Part shown: in pieces, positions 31,762-45,856 of the stretch | Layout: each line of letters begins with the position of its first letter | Position numbering within the stretch: position 1 is the stretch's first letter | Made by a program: the position numbers and the translations under genes | The notes under the pieces: model-generated | The model's database searches: none | What the model saw: only the letters and a program-made list of their open reading frames with translations | Told to the model about the DNA's origin: nothing | NCBI RefSeq assembly: GCF_009914755.1 | Contig: NC_060934.1 | Reading direction: 5' to 3' (one strand) | Origin: the human T2T-CHM13v2.0 reference genome, Homo sapiens | DNA length: 64,000 bases

Positions 31762-32335
31762 TAAGCTTACATTATTAATGGCTAAAAAGCTCTAGCTTCT
31801 TAAGGTTCCCTCAGTAAAGATACAAATCTTATAACTCTGATTTTATAGGAGTCCTGCGGACTTATCTGGAGAGAAAATTTGCTATGAAGCAACAGTCAGA
31901 TACAAGATGTTATACCAGTGTTCAATTTCAATAGCTGCTTCAGAAGCTGTTCCTCCCTGATCCAAATGTAGCCCTGTGTAGACAATGGGGTCTTTGCTGT
32001 CCTATCTCTGGCGATCTGTCCTGCTCAGCTATAAACACAGCGTTAGATGTTTCTTCATCTTCCCCATGGTCAGGTCAGATAATACTTATCTTCCTTTATC
32101 TGTGGGGGAGAACTCTCTAAATTGTTGCTATCTAACCTGAACATGAACAATGGCTTAAATTGTTTCTTCTTGAGGAAATAAACGAGCTGCGCCATGCAGA
32201 ACTGCGCTAATCCAGATAACTCCATCTGGGTCAACAGTAAATGAGGAAAGTGCTCAGTTCTTAACATTTGACAGTTAGAGCAGATCACAGTACTCAAGGA
32301 TTTTTTTTTTTGTATGAACTCCATCTGCAGCGTTT

Positions 32336-32338
<3 letters not shown>

Positions 32339-32382
<44 letters not shown>
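32339..32382. repeat. (CA)n microsatellite
   Basis: Read directly from the sequence. Confidence 0.97.
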
Positions 32383-32385
<3 letters not shown>

Positions 32386-32441
32386 GCAGTCACGTGCATG
32401 TTCATGTACTTTGGTTTCTTCATTTGGAGATAATTTAAAAT

Positions 32442-32735
32442 AGGCCAGGTGCGGTGGTTCACACCTGTAACCCCAGCACTTTGGAAGTCTAGGTGGATGG
32501 ATCACCTGTGGTCAGAAGTTTGAGACCAGCCTGGCCAACATGGCGAAACCCCATCTCTACTAAAAATACAAAACTTAGCCAGATGTGGTGGCGCACACCT
32601 GTAATCCCAGCTACTCAGGAGGCTGAGGCATGAGAATCACTTGAACCCGGCAGGCAGAGGTTGCAGTGAGCTGAGATCACACCCCTGCACTCCAGCCTGG
32701 GTGACAGAGTGAGACTCCATCTTAAAAAATAAAAA
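32442..32735 (+). mobile_element. Alu (Sx-like)
   Basis: Alu consensus. Confidence 0.95.
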
Positions 32736-32811
32736 TGAAAAATAATCTCCAAGGAGCCTATAAATACATTACCAAACCTATGAAACCTTTCCCACCAATC
32801 TTGGCCTTCAT

Positions 32812-33021
32812 TTCCCTCCTCTCCCCTCCCCTCCTCTCCCCTCCCCTCCTCTCCCCTCTCCTCCCCTCCCCTACCCCACCCCACCACTCCCCTTCCTTCA
32901 TCCCTTCCTTCCTTCCCCTTGCTATGTTGCCCAGGCAGACCTCAACCTCCTGGCCTCAAGCCATCCTCCCACCTTAGCCTCCTAAGTCACTGGGACTACG
33001 GACACTTGCCACTCCACCTGA
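32812..33021 (-). repeat. Polypyrimidine (CCCCT/CTCC) low-complexity tract followed by an Alu monomer fragment
   Basis: Read directly; ttgctatgttgcccaggc...ctgggactac. Confidence 0.8.
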
Positions 33022-33114
33022 CCTCTGGCCTTTATTTTCACTCTGCTGAACTCCCAAACCAGGTGTGTCTACAGCTCACTTTGTCCTTAGCACAGGCAGC
33101 CTCTTTTCTTTGTT

Positions 33115-33444
33115 TTGGGGGTTGTTTTTGGAGACAGTCTCGCTCTGTCAACCAGACTGAAGTGGAATGACATGATCACAGCTCATTGCAGCCATGATCT
33201 TCCCATCTCAGCCAGGCTCAAGCGATCCTCCTGCCTCAGCCTCTGCAGTAGCTGGGACTATAGGCATGCACCACCTATAGTCACACCCAGCCAATTAAAT
33301 TTTTTTTTTTTTTTTTTTTTTTTTAGAGAGAAGAGTCTCAGTATGTTAGTCAGGCTGGTCTCTCAAACTCCTGACCTCAAGTGATCCTCCAGCCTTGGCC
33401 TCCCAAAATACTGGGATTAGAGGCATGAGCCACAGTGTCCAGCC
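33115..33444 (-). mobile_element. AluJ-like
   Basis: Alu consensus with an expanded middle T-run. Confidence 0.9.
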
Positions 33445-34383
33445 CGTGTCTTTATTTCTATTGTATATGACTGTTCTTCTCTGTACGAGGATAACAAGTC
33501 CCCAGTCTTATCCCTCCATGCTCCTTCCAAGTGCTGGAGGCCAAGAGGAGAATGAGGCTGTCTTCCTCCTCTCCTGGTCCCCTCCCTGCCAGGCCACCCT
33601 GGGTGGGCTGTATTCTTCCAGGGAAGGCAGATTCCTCCAGGCAACCCTCCCCTTGACTCTCTCTCTGGGCTGGGGAATGAGCTTTCTCCTCTTGCTCCTT
33701 CAGGCCTAGGAGAAGTAAGAGTCCCTGTCCCTGGACTGCAGCATCCCTGGAAGTATGATCAAAACCCTGTCCAGTCCCATGGAAACTCTGCAGTGCCTTT
33801 TATTAAGCTTCCTGTATTTCCAGCTACAAGATGCCATGTCTTCTTAATCCAGACCCTGACCGAGAAAACCATTAGGAGATGGCTCAGGAGTATTTCTCCT
33901 TGTTCCAGCTGAAGCCCAAATCATCCTTCAATGATGGCTCTGACTCTGCAGGTTGCCCAAGACAAGGAACCCAGAAAACAGGGCTTTTGTGGACGAGGCA
34001 GCCATGAACCTGCCCTGTCTCGAAGGTTCTTTGGGGATTAATTGTTGGGACTGGGGATAAGCGTTTCTGTTTCAGGACTTCTACCTCCAGAAAAGAACAG
34101 AGGGAGGTTGGAATCAGAGGGCAACAGAGCCACTAAGATAATATGTGAAAATGCTCCCAGGAAAGTCAGAATATGGGAAAATCTGATGACAGCGAGATAC
34201 TGAATGAGAATTGTTTTTAATCCGCCAGGAAAGGAAGTGGCTCTGGGGAGAGCCACTGAGGAGCAAATCTTTTAGGTGAAATGTGCTAAGAAAGGGAACT
34301 TAGGAAAGGTTTTGCTTTGGTTTTTGTTAGTTTTTACAAAGAACTAGGGCTTTGCTGATTATGTCATTGAAAAAATATGTATT

Positions 34384-34670
34384 GGCTGGGCGCAGTGGCT
34401 CACGCCTGTAATCCCAGCACTGTGGGAGGCTGAGGCAGGAGGATCGCTTGAGGCCAGCAGTTTGAGACTATTCTGGGCAGCACAGCAAGATTCCATGTCT
34501 ACAGAAATTTTTTTTTACATAATTATCCAGGTGTGGTGGTGTGCACCTGTAGTTCCAGCTAGTGGGAGGCTGAGGCAGGAGGACTGCTTGAACCCAGAAG
34601 TTCAAGGCTGCAGCAAGGTATGATTGCACCACTGCACTCCAGCTGGGGTGACAGAGTGAGACCCTGTCTC

Positions 34671-34707
<37 letters not shown>
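34384..34707 (+). mobile_element. AluJ-like with a (CA)n tail
   Basis: Alu consensus ending tctcaaaa(ca)n. Confidence 0.92.
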
Positions 34708-34710
<3 letters not shown>

Positions 34711-35150
34711 CCTCACAAGTTGGAGCATACTTACATTAAAGGCTTTATTGTTACCTGATTTGAATTAATTAGGCATCCTGTGTTTTCCCTGGCAACCCCA
34801 CCCAACGCGCAGTGTCTCTGGTCACAGTGCCTGGAAGGAGCACATTGGGGCCTCACAGCTTCCAGGCAATTGCACAGGAGGCAGCTCAAAACAGTAATCA
34901 ATCTTGGGAAATTTTCCTGATTTCTGTTTTCATGTTTACATTTTTATTAGAAAACAAAAAGCATTGCCAAAAGTGGATGTTTACAATTGCTTGGGGGTAA
35001 AATATTACTATGATTCCTGATTCTTGCTGTACCAAGTATCGGGGATGATTAGGGAGAAGAAATCCAAGAATGCTTTCATTGGAAATTCAGGAAAAAGTTT
35101 ACACCTTGAAGAGGGCAAGGCTGACGTTCATATGCAGCCTTTTGACTCTC

Positions 35151-35167
35151 TCGCCCCCTAGTGGCCA
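35151..35167 (-). promoter_or_regulatory. Candidate CTCF binding site
   Basis: tcgccccctagtggcca reads TGGCCACTAGGGGGCGA on the minus strand, a near-perfect CTCF core in unique sequence with its CpG retained. Confidence 0.7.
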
Positions 35168-35465
35168 TATGCCTAAACAGGGGTTTGCGTTCCTGCTGGT
35201 GACAGTTGCGTCCCCTTGGACTTCTCCATTGCACTAACTCTGCAGTAAGTGAAGTAATAATAAAATACATAGGAAGGTGAAGGTCCAGGCATATCTAAGC
35301 CCCAAAACCAGTCTGAGCGGTGCGTAGAGACAGGGCCGAGGTGCAGATGCTGCGCTGCTCCCCTGTAGCCTCCAGCTGTTTTATGGGGCTCCTGGGCTAA
35401 TAGGGGAAAATCTGGCTTCACACCCTGGGGATTGAATCTGCCTAGAGTTGGTTGCCTTTATTTAC

Positions 35466-35535
35466 ACTCATTTACCCAACAAATATTTCTGGAGTGCCTA
35501 CTATATGCCAGGCACCGTGCCAGGTGCTAAGCATC
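35466..35535 (-). mobile_element. L2/MIR terminal fragment
   Basis: caacaaatatttctggagtgcctactatatgccaggcac. Confidence 0.6.
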
Positions 35536-36859
35536 ATTACACTTCACATCCTTCACTACGATATGGAGTTAAACGAAAGAGTTTGCACAGAGTTCTAGAA
35601 ATTGTACCCAAAGCAAACTGAACACACAGCTAGGCACAGGCAGAAATTTGAGAACTGTGAGGGGATCTATATAACCAATGACCTTTTAGTTAAACTAATA
35701 TCCCTGCCACATCCTTTCTTTATAACTCATATATACACGGTTTCAGCATCTTTTTTGATAAATGGTCATTAGACTTCTTGACAACTATTTATAATTCGGC
35801 ACCCAGTAATCAATCAGAGTTGCATATGGTACAAAATTAATGCCATGTGATGTGCCTGGAGCCATTTCTGACTTATGGAAAAAAGATGGTGTTGGCAGAA
35901 TGTTGAATTTTCATCCCTGTTTCTAGAACGTGCAATGCTGACTTGCTGACATTGAAAGAATGTACCAACAGAAACCTATTAGAGCAGTGAACTTGTTTTG
36001 GAAATAGTTGGGTTGGGCCTATTTGTGGTAGCACTGACCAAAGTCAATCAGGGAAAAGAACTGAGGCGGAATGTTGAAACATAACCTGAGTTTGTTCAGC
36101 AGTCTGGAGCATCTCCCAACTTCCACTACCCTATGTGCAATTTAATTTCTACATCCTGCCAATTTTACTTCCTGAGTATTTCTCAAAGCTTTGCCTTCTT
36201 TTTATCTTTATAATTCCCTTAGTTTCAAATCTCACATATTTTTTCCTGAATTACTGTAACAGAAACTTTATTGTAATCTCTTTTCCTGCTTCTCTCAAAT
36301 CCATTCTCCACACAGATTTATCTCAAACACAAATCTGATCATGTCCTTAGTCTGCTATTGTCTTGTTCATGACTCCATGGTGCTTGCAGGACACAGTTCA
36401 AGCTTTTTGTGCATGAAATGCATGGACCTGACACCTGTCCTGGTGCGCGGAATGCATGGGACGGATAGTTGTCCTGCCACATCCACCATCATTCCATCAT
36501 CTTTCCTATCACATCCCTCCTGGGGTTTTGCAGGTGCTCTGAATTGGTCTGTGAGCCTATTGAGTGAATATCCAAACATATGCATCCACCTCTGTGCTGT
36601 GTTGCTTATGAGTTTTCTCCTTGGTAAACCAGGTAACCCTGATGTGACCGAATGCCATTATTCAAAACATGTTATGAGTCTGTGTTGTTTTAAAGAGTCC
36701 CATTATCAGTGGGTAATATTTCTGTCCGATTCCAGAAGCTTACTGCCCTTCTCTTCCCCACTTCTCAGCTACAGAGAATTCTTCAGCTAATTCTCTTTGG
36801 TGTTCAGGATTTCATTAATCGGATTCTGACCTCAACATAAAATGGAAATGTTTGGGATA

Positions 36860-37135
<276 letters not shown>

Positions 37136-37471
37136 GCATTTACTCAGGATCTGTGTGTGCCTCGGGCTGTGGTAGGAAATGGGGATTCAGAGACAATAAA
37201 GCTAGTCTTACTCCTTGGTGACCTCATAAATCTCATGAAAGAGGCTCACATATAAGCAAAGAAAGTGCGACAAATGTTCAAAAATCTACGGCTTCTCTGA
37301 TCAATGTCAACATCCTTGGCCTCCACCACTGGCAAACTGGGGCTTAATAGTTTTTTGAAAAACTGAAGGTGTGAGTGAGTAACGAGATGGATGAATTGAT
37401 CATCTTTGGCCTAAAGCAGTACTCTCCGAACTACTAGGCCTTAGGAGGCAATGTTCAGTATTACATGAACA

Positions 37472-37790
37472 AGCCAGGTGTGGTGGCTCACGCCTGCAAT
37501 CCCAGCACTATGGGAGGCTGAGGTGGAAAGACCAGGTGAGGCAAGGAATTCAAGACCAGTTTGGGCAATATAGTGAGAACCCATTTCTATAAAAAATTTG
37601 TAGAAAATTAGCCAGACATGGTGGTGTGCACCTGTAGTCCCAGATACTCAGGAGGCTGAGTTGGGAGGACCACTTGAGCCCAGGAGTTTGGAGGAGTTTG
37701 GGGCTGCAGTGAGCTGTGATTGCACCACTGCACCCCAGCCTGGGTGACAGAGAAAGACCCTTTCTCAAAATAGAAAAGAATTAAATAAAC
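37472..37790 (+). mobile_element. AluJ-like
   Basis: Alu consensus. Confidence 0.92.
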
Positions 37791-37952
37791 AAAACATTTT
37801 ACATTTTAATAGTTATATATTTACTATACAGGATGTAAGAAAATATGCAACTGTTTTATCAAACCCAGAATCTAACAATAATATAGATGAGAGGAAGCTT
37901 AATATTTTAAGCAAGTCAGTATAAAGTTAATACTAATATAAATGGTAAGAAT

Positions 37953-38055
37953 TTGACCCAATTACCTCTTAAAGACCCCACCTTTCCACATTGCCACACA
38001 TTAGTGATTAAGTTTCAACATGAGCTGTGGCGGGGACAGACATTCAAACTATAGC
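37953..38055 (-). mobile_element. MST/MLT1A LTR fragment
   Basis: tgacccaattacctcttaaagaccccacct...tttcaacatgag...cattcaaactatagc. Confidence 0.7.
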
Positions 38056-38747
38056 CGAAGAGAAATTGTTGAAGTTTGGGAAACAAAGTAATTTTCACTG
38101 TTTCCTTTTCTTCAGGTTTTATTCTTTCCCCAAATTCAGCCTACAGTTGACTGTTTTATGTGCAACCAATGGCAATTTTTAACTATGGAATTGAAACCTT
38201 TGAAAAGATAAGACAAAGCTGTGTGTGTATGTGTCTGTTTTTAAAGATGAATCAAACTGTGTTTATTATTTATTTTATTTCATAAGTGATTCTGTAAACT
38301 GACCACGTGAATGTCCTGATTTTCATAGATTATGACTGGCTCAGGTGACAAGAAATAGACATACTAATAACCTAAGAACCTTGGGTTATTATTTATATTT
38401 GGAAGTAAGGAAAAACAGGAAATGGCTTTCCCAAGCCTCCTGAGCAGCATTTAGGAGACATTTTATATATTTTTATTTATATATTTATATACATATTTTA
38501 GGATAACATTTAGGATACAGCAGTAGTGGCATCAGGCTGACAGAAACTCTGGGAAACCCACAGTACACTGTCCTTCCCCCCCATGCACCCCTGCCCAGGC
38601 TTCAATGTCTCCACTCCTGCTTCCTTCTCTACCTCCTGCTGCTACGCGGTCTGCTCTGCTGATCTCTCTCTTTCTCCTTTTCTCTCTTTCTTTGGTTTGT
38701 GTTGCCTCATGGCTTTTGGTTGCTGTCACTTTTTTCATTATTTTTTA

Positions 38748-39021
38748 ATTTTTTTTTTTTTTTAAGAGATGGGGCCTCGCTGTTTCCTAGGCTAGAGTGC
38801 AGTGGAGCTATCAGCTCACTGCACTCTCAAACTCCCGGGCTTCCGGCTAATTTTCTGAAAATATTTTTGTAAAGATGAGGTCTCGCTGTGTTGCCTGGGC
38901 TGGCCTCAAACTTCTGGGCTGAAGTGATCCTCCCACCTCAGCCTCCCATGTAGCTAAGACTACAGACAAGAGTCACCAAGCCACCATGCCACTGAGCCAC
39001 TGTGCCACTGCACCACCTGGC
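38748..39021 (-). mobile_element. Degenerate, internally deleted AluJ-like element
   Basis: Alu arms with a deletion; repeated gccac units at the right end. Confidence 0.8.
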
Positions 39022-39075
39022 TATGCTTGCTGTCTTTGTGCACCTCAGCTTTCGCCTGCCATACTGCCTGCATCT

Positions 39076-39170
39076 GGGGTGACCAACTCAACCCAGTTTT
39101 CCTGGGACTTTTCCAGTTTCAGCACCAGGCCACACCCAAAGTCATAGGTGAACTGGGATGTTTGGTGACG
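39076..39170. mobile_element. MER81/MER94-like hAT-Blackjack relic
   Basis: gggtgaccaactc..cccagttttcctgggact ... ctgggatgtttggtgac. Confidence 0.6.
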
Positions 39171-39523
39171 CCACCTGTATCCCTTCGCTATATATTTCAT
39201 ATTCGAATTCTGTAAAGGAGAAGAGGGGAAATCTGACTGGATCTCTTTGTCCCTTGTCCAACCCGGGGAGCATCTGAGCTCTTCCAGCTGAGCCTACTGA
39301 TTGCACCAGTCAAGCTTGGGGGTGATGAAAGGAAGCATCCCCAGCTGCCTTTCTCAGAAGGGGCCTGTGAGCAGAGTGAGCCTGGGAATATCATCAGGTC
39401 CTGTAGTCCATTTTCCACACCAGTTTGTATCAGTGCTGCTGCTGAACATGTTGGGTGAAGGTATGTGCAGATGAGAGGTGGCAGTAGGGGGCAAGCAGAA
39501 ACAATTTTAAAAATCATTGCAGC

Positions 39524-39820
39524 AGCTGGGTGCCATGGCTCACACCTGTAATTCTGGCACTTTAGGGGGCTGAGGTGGGTAGATCACCTGAGGTCAGGCG
39601 TTCGAGACCAGTCTGGCCAACATGGTGAAACCCTGTCTCTACCAAAAATACAAAAATTAGCCAGACGTGGCGGCACGCACCTGTAATCCCAGCTACCACG
39701 GAGGATGAGGCAGGAGAATTGCTTGAACCCAGGAGGCGGAGGTTGCAGTGAGCCAAGTTCCCAAGACTGTGCTCCAGCTTGGGTGACAGAGCAAAACTCC
39801 ATCTCAAAAAACAAAAAAAT
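39524..39820 (+). mobile_element. Alu (Sx-like)
   Basis: Alu consensus. Confidence 0.93.
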
Positions 39821-41442
39821 TCGTTGCACCTTTTTTACTTTTATGAACTCAAGCGTTACACAAATTAGGCTCCTAATATAGTGTTATGGAAACCCTGGCC
39901 CAACCAGTCATTAAATATTTTATCCCACTCAATATTGTCCAGTTCAGAGATTGTAAATTTTGCAAAAGGGAGTGTTTACAAAGCAAAACGATGTCATCTG
40001 GGAAATGAAGAATGTTAAGCTCTAGCAGCCCTGGGGAGAAACACAAAATGCACTTCGGCTTAGGGCAGAGAAGCTTAGCCATCAATACTTTGTAAATCCT
40101 GGAGGGCTTCCTCTACCTCCTGCATGCCAGCACCCCCTCTACCCACTTGGCTCCAGAAATTAGTCCTTCTGTATTAAAACTGTTTTTCCATCTGCAAGGA
40201 ACAGAAGTCCCCACCCTGCCCTACCCCGCCTCTGCTTCCGCCCCACCTTCAATTCTGTGGACTGAGGTGGGGAGAGAAAAATAAAATCACTGTAAAAATA
40301 CTTAACTTCTGAAGCACGTGACTGGCTTTCAAGAATTCTATAAACTCGAGGGTGAGGCACTTGAAGAAGTTGGAGGCATGGCTCAGGGCAAAGCAGGGGC
40401 TACAGTGAGCCCTTTGAGTCTCTGGACACCCCTCTCGAGCGCCCCCAACCTCCTGATCACCCCTGATCCTCCTATCCAGCACCCCATTCCCAATTCTTCC
40501 TGGTGTTCTGAGACCCCCGAGGGAGTGCAGGCTGCACGCAGGCAGGCGGCCCAGCCCCGGGTGCTGGGTGACCCCCTCAGCTCCAGGTGTGGCTGCAGGA
40601 CTGTCAGCCTCCCGGGGGTGACATGGAAAGGTGAATGTATTTGCACTGCGCCTTTCATTCTGTAACATCTGTGTCTCTGTTTCTCTTAAAGCCTATGGCC
40701 ATCACTCAACCGGAGGCTGAGAACTGATGAAAAAGTGGAACAAAAACAAAATAAAACTAGCTGCGTTGTTGAAACAAAGTCAATTTCAGTGTTTATTTGG
40801 CAGAGAAGCCAGTAGAGGTGATCAAAGTGATCAGGGCAATTCACTTGTTTCGCTGGCCCTGGGAGGGAAGGTGAGGAGCTCTGAATTCCAAAGGTAGGGG
40901 GAGAGGAGAGCAAAGCTCAGGGGAGAGAGCGGTCAGGAAACTCCCTGGGCACAGGCAATCCCTGCCAGGACTCCAAGACACCAGTCACAGGCTTCTCCTT
41001 CTCCTGCATCAGGGTGACCTCCAGGGCCCTGTTCTCGGAGCCTCCACCCTCCACCCTGGGCTGCACCACGGCCCCCAAGCCTTCATGAGCACCGTTGCCC
41101 AAAGGCTGTGCTCTGGTTGCACCCTTGCTCCCAAGCTCCCCTCACAGGCGCTTTCCCCTATCCTAGCAGCTCCACGTCTCCTCTGCTCTGAGGGTGGTTT
41201 CCATCTTTGGCCTCATCCTCCTGGAAGCCCTGCCCCCCAGGGAGGTCCCTGGCATCACAGTCTTAGCTTACAGACTAGAGGTCTCAGTGACTAGAGCAGG
41301 CGCCCAGCTGCAGGGAGACTTTGATAAATATCTATGGCCGAACTGCATGATGCCTTAGGGCTCTTACAGCAATGCCCCCCAAATAATACCAGACCCAATT
41401 CTATAGTTGAAAGAAGAGGAATTTTAGAAAATAGGTATACCG

Positions 41443-41763
<321 letters not shown>

Positions 41764-43136
41764 TTATTCTTCATTTCCATCTAGCAAAATAATAAAAATA
41801 ATATTGATGATTGAGGGGTCGCCTTGGACAATTGCCTTGGACTTCAGTAGTGAAAAAAGAGGATAAAAGATCCTAAGGTATTCATCAAGTATAACAGAGC
41901 AAAGGCTGAACAGGACCCTGGAGACGAGAAAGATGGGAGAGATGAGAGCCACACGTTCGAGAATGCTCCAGGAGTCAGTTTGTTCAGCAGCAAAGTTGGG
42001 GGATGTTGGTGGGGGAAACAGGGAGAAGTGTACTCCATGATCCTAGTTTTGGCAACTTGATTGGTTCCCCTTCCTTCTTGCTCCCCCTACCCCCCAACCC
42101 CCACCTCCACAGGTCACTGCAGCTTTGAGAAATGGCAGAGGAGAAGCTCAAGGGCAGAAAATAAGCCAGGAGAGTCTCTTTCCCCCAAATACTCTATTGA
42201 AAGGGTTGATAATGAGGCACTGTGGGTAAAGCAAGGTAGCAACCCAGGTGCTTGTATCTGTAGAAGCTCTCATATTCTCGTGGATTCCACCCTGGCCCTT
42301 CAGGAACTCTGGGAAATATGCCATGGTTTTGCTCCCTCTGGGATAAAAGGGGTGAGCAGATACATGTTACACTTTTCACTTATAAGTTGCCACCTGGAAT
42401 CCAGACTTTGTCTGCAGTGACCAGAGGGCAGAGCTGAGCGGGGCTTTCAAGACGGTATGCTGCACAGATGCCAGCTCTGGCCACAGTGCTGTGCACACGG
42501 GGTCTTTGCTGCCCAGCATCTATCTTCCAACTTAAAATAGATAAAAGAAACCATAATAAAAACCAACATCAATGGGTTCTCTTAAAAAGAAAGCAAATAT
42601 GCTTAAAGTATTAACACATTGGATCTATGTGTAGTTTCACATCATATGACCACATGAGGAATTTGTGTGGAGTAGCAGGAGAGTTCCAAGACATTTCATA
42701 GGGAGATTTGAGTGTTGGTGGGTGGCGAGGGGCTCCTGGGCACCTCACTTATTGTCTGGCAGGATCTCCTTGGAGCCACTGGAATTTTAAGGACTTTAAG
42801 TAAGGGAAGATTGGTTACCCTCTGGAGAGAATGCTGGAGGTTACCTGGTGAAATTGTTGCTCTTAACGCAGAAGGGAAAATTCTGTTTTGATCTATGAGT
42901 CATATAGAAATGTATTATACTATGGAATCTGCGAAATTGTTTGTTAGTGGGGCTTGTAATACGGTCCGTGTGAGGCTCACACCTTTGCTCTAATTATTGT
43001 TTAAGATTAATTATTTTTTAATTATTGTTTCAGATTCTTTTATAGGGTCTTTGTTGGGAAACTCAAACAGTATCATTATGTTCCCCTCACATTTGGAAAC
43101 CTAAGGCGCCCAGAGGGCTTATCTTGGGATCACACA

Positions 43137-43261
43137 TAGGTGGCCATCTGTGCTGGTTTGCCAGGGACAGTCGTGGTGTCTTATTGTCCAGTTGTAATTA
43201 TTAATAGTGTCTACTTTCCCTCTCACAAATGCTGGTTTATACTAAGTATAAGGTCACCCTA
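43137..43261. mobile_element. MER94-like hAT-Blackjack relic
   Basis: taggtggccat...ggtcacccta termini; gccagggacagtc. Confidence 0.6.
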
Positions 43262-43703
43262 ACCACCTGACACATTGCTGTCAAAACTAGGATTGGAGAG
43301 CCCACATTTCACATGCGCCAGATCATCCATTTAAGCAAATGTTATCCCAGTTGTTAAAAATCCTTTATTTCTGACTTACAGGGCCTCATACCATAGCAGC
43401 CTGTCTTTTAGAAACAGTTAATGTGGAACACATCAAACACGAGGCCTCTGGTTGAAACACTTTTGTTGACTTCTTTGTTTTTCACTTTGTTTTAATTGAC
43501 TCTCACAGTTATGAATGCCTTTGAAAAGTACATTTTAAGGACTTCAGCAAGCATTAATTATTTCTTTTGTGTCCTGATGTCAAGTCATTTTCAACTATCT
43601 GGTTCTTAATAGGATTTAAAGTGAAAAAATATTAAATATGTATCAGGGCAATTCCACTTACTCTTGGTTCTTGCAATGATTTCTCTGTTGAAAAACTTAC
43701 ATA

Positions 43704-44402
<699 letters not shown>

Positions 44403-45806
44403 TCATATGCAATTGTTTACGATTTTTGTGATTAATTCTCTTTATGGTGAATGCCATTTACGTTGCGTTATCAACACCAATAATGGTCCAGTTCTGTAAC
44501 GGGTTAGCTATGACTGCAAAATCACCATTTGTCTTTACAGCACTCTTTTATCTCATCACTTGTCTTTCCTTTTAAATGACATTTGTTTTATGTGGTAGCT
44601 CATTTTGAGTCATGAATTGCAACATATGGAACCACTAACCAAGAAATAGTCTTGCACCTTTCCCTGTTAACAGAAACGGAGTTGAAAACTTAGCCTCCTG
44701 GTATTATTATTATTCTAGTTCTTTATATGACTGGAGGAAAATCAGATTTCAAGTTCTTCCCGCTTTCCTTATGCCTTTCACAGCAAATTTCAAAGTATAG
44801 CAGTAGGCAGATTGCAATGTAATAGCAATTTTTAAGCCCAGAAATTAAATTAAACCAGAAAGAAATACACCTACTTCTAGTTCAAATAGTGTTTCTTCCA
44901 GAAAGAAGAACATCTCCACAGTAACAGCAGTGACAATAAGAGTATTTTCATGAAGATCGGAGTTACCAGGTTTATATAGATTGCAGAATACAGCTACTGT
45001 TTTCCAGAGACACTGACAATCAGTGCTAAATTGTTAGGAAGGTCTCTGTGCTTTGGAGAAAGATATGGAATAGTCGGTGCAAGGGCAAATAGAGTGCCTT
45101 CTCAAATTGTTTTCAGTTCCTCTTCTTAAGGAGGAACAAAAGGCCAGTAAGTAATCCAATAGAAGCTTTTCCCTATAGAATGGTCAGAAAGTTTGGTCAT
45201 TCAAAAGAACATTATTTTACCATAAATACATGTCTAGGTTTCATGATCCTTAATGATTCATGTTAATTCTCTTCCCCCAATGCCTTTTTCTGTTGTGCAT
45301 ATCACAGAGTTTTGTTTCCTGGAATATCAGCAGAGAGGGCAGTGGGCTTGGCCCGTATGGGGGAGGGGAGGGTCCTAGCAGCTGGAAAGCAAGGTCGGCT
45401 GACCAAGGGGGTTCCTTGGGCTGCCTGGAAAATGGTAGTTCAGACCTGGTGGGAGACATTTCCCTATTTTTGTCCATCTAGGGGTCAACAGAGGCCTGAA
45501 AGACTGCTCTGACACCTTCCAAACAGCCCCCAGGAAATCTTAATCAGCATCTGCCAATGGATCTTTTCTGCCTGGGTTGAGCTAGCCAGGAGGGCCCTGG
45601 GGCAGGGTGCTGTTTGTGGCTGCCAACGGCTGTGGCAGCCCTCTGCTGCCTCCTTCATCCTGGGGTTTTTGCCTTTGTGCTACACCAAATGACAGGTAGG
45701 AGCTGTTAAGCACGGGCTCTCTGGACACCAGAGCAAGGGGATTGGGGTCACAACCAAAGGCTGCGGGACATCTGATTTGGGCTGCTGCATCTCCTGCTAC
45801 AGTGTT

Positions 45807-45852
<46 letters not shown>
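45807..45852. repeat. (CT)n(CA)n compound microsatellite
   Basis: Read directly from the sequence. Confidence 0.95.

Positions 45853-45856
<4 letters not shown>

Noticed and set aside
40150-41300. GC-elevated unique region with several ORFs up to 139 aa
   Set aside because: ORFs on both strands with low-information composition and no convincing exon boundaries. It could be regulatory, but sequence alone does not support a call.
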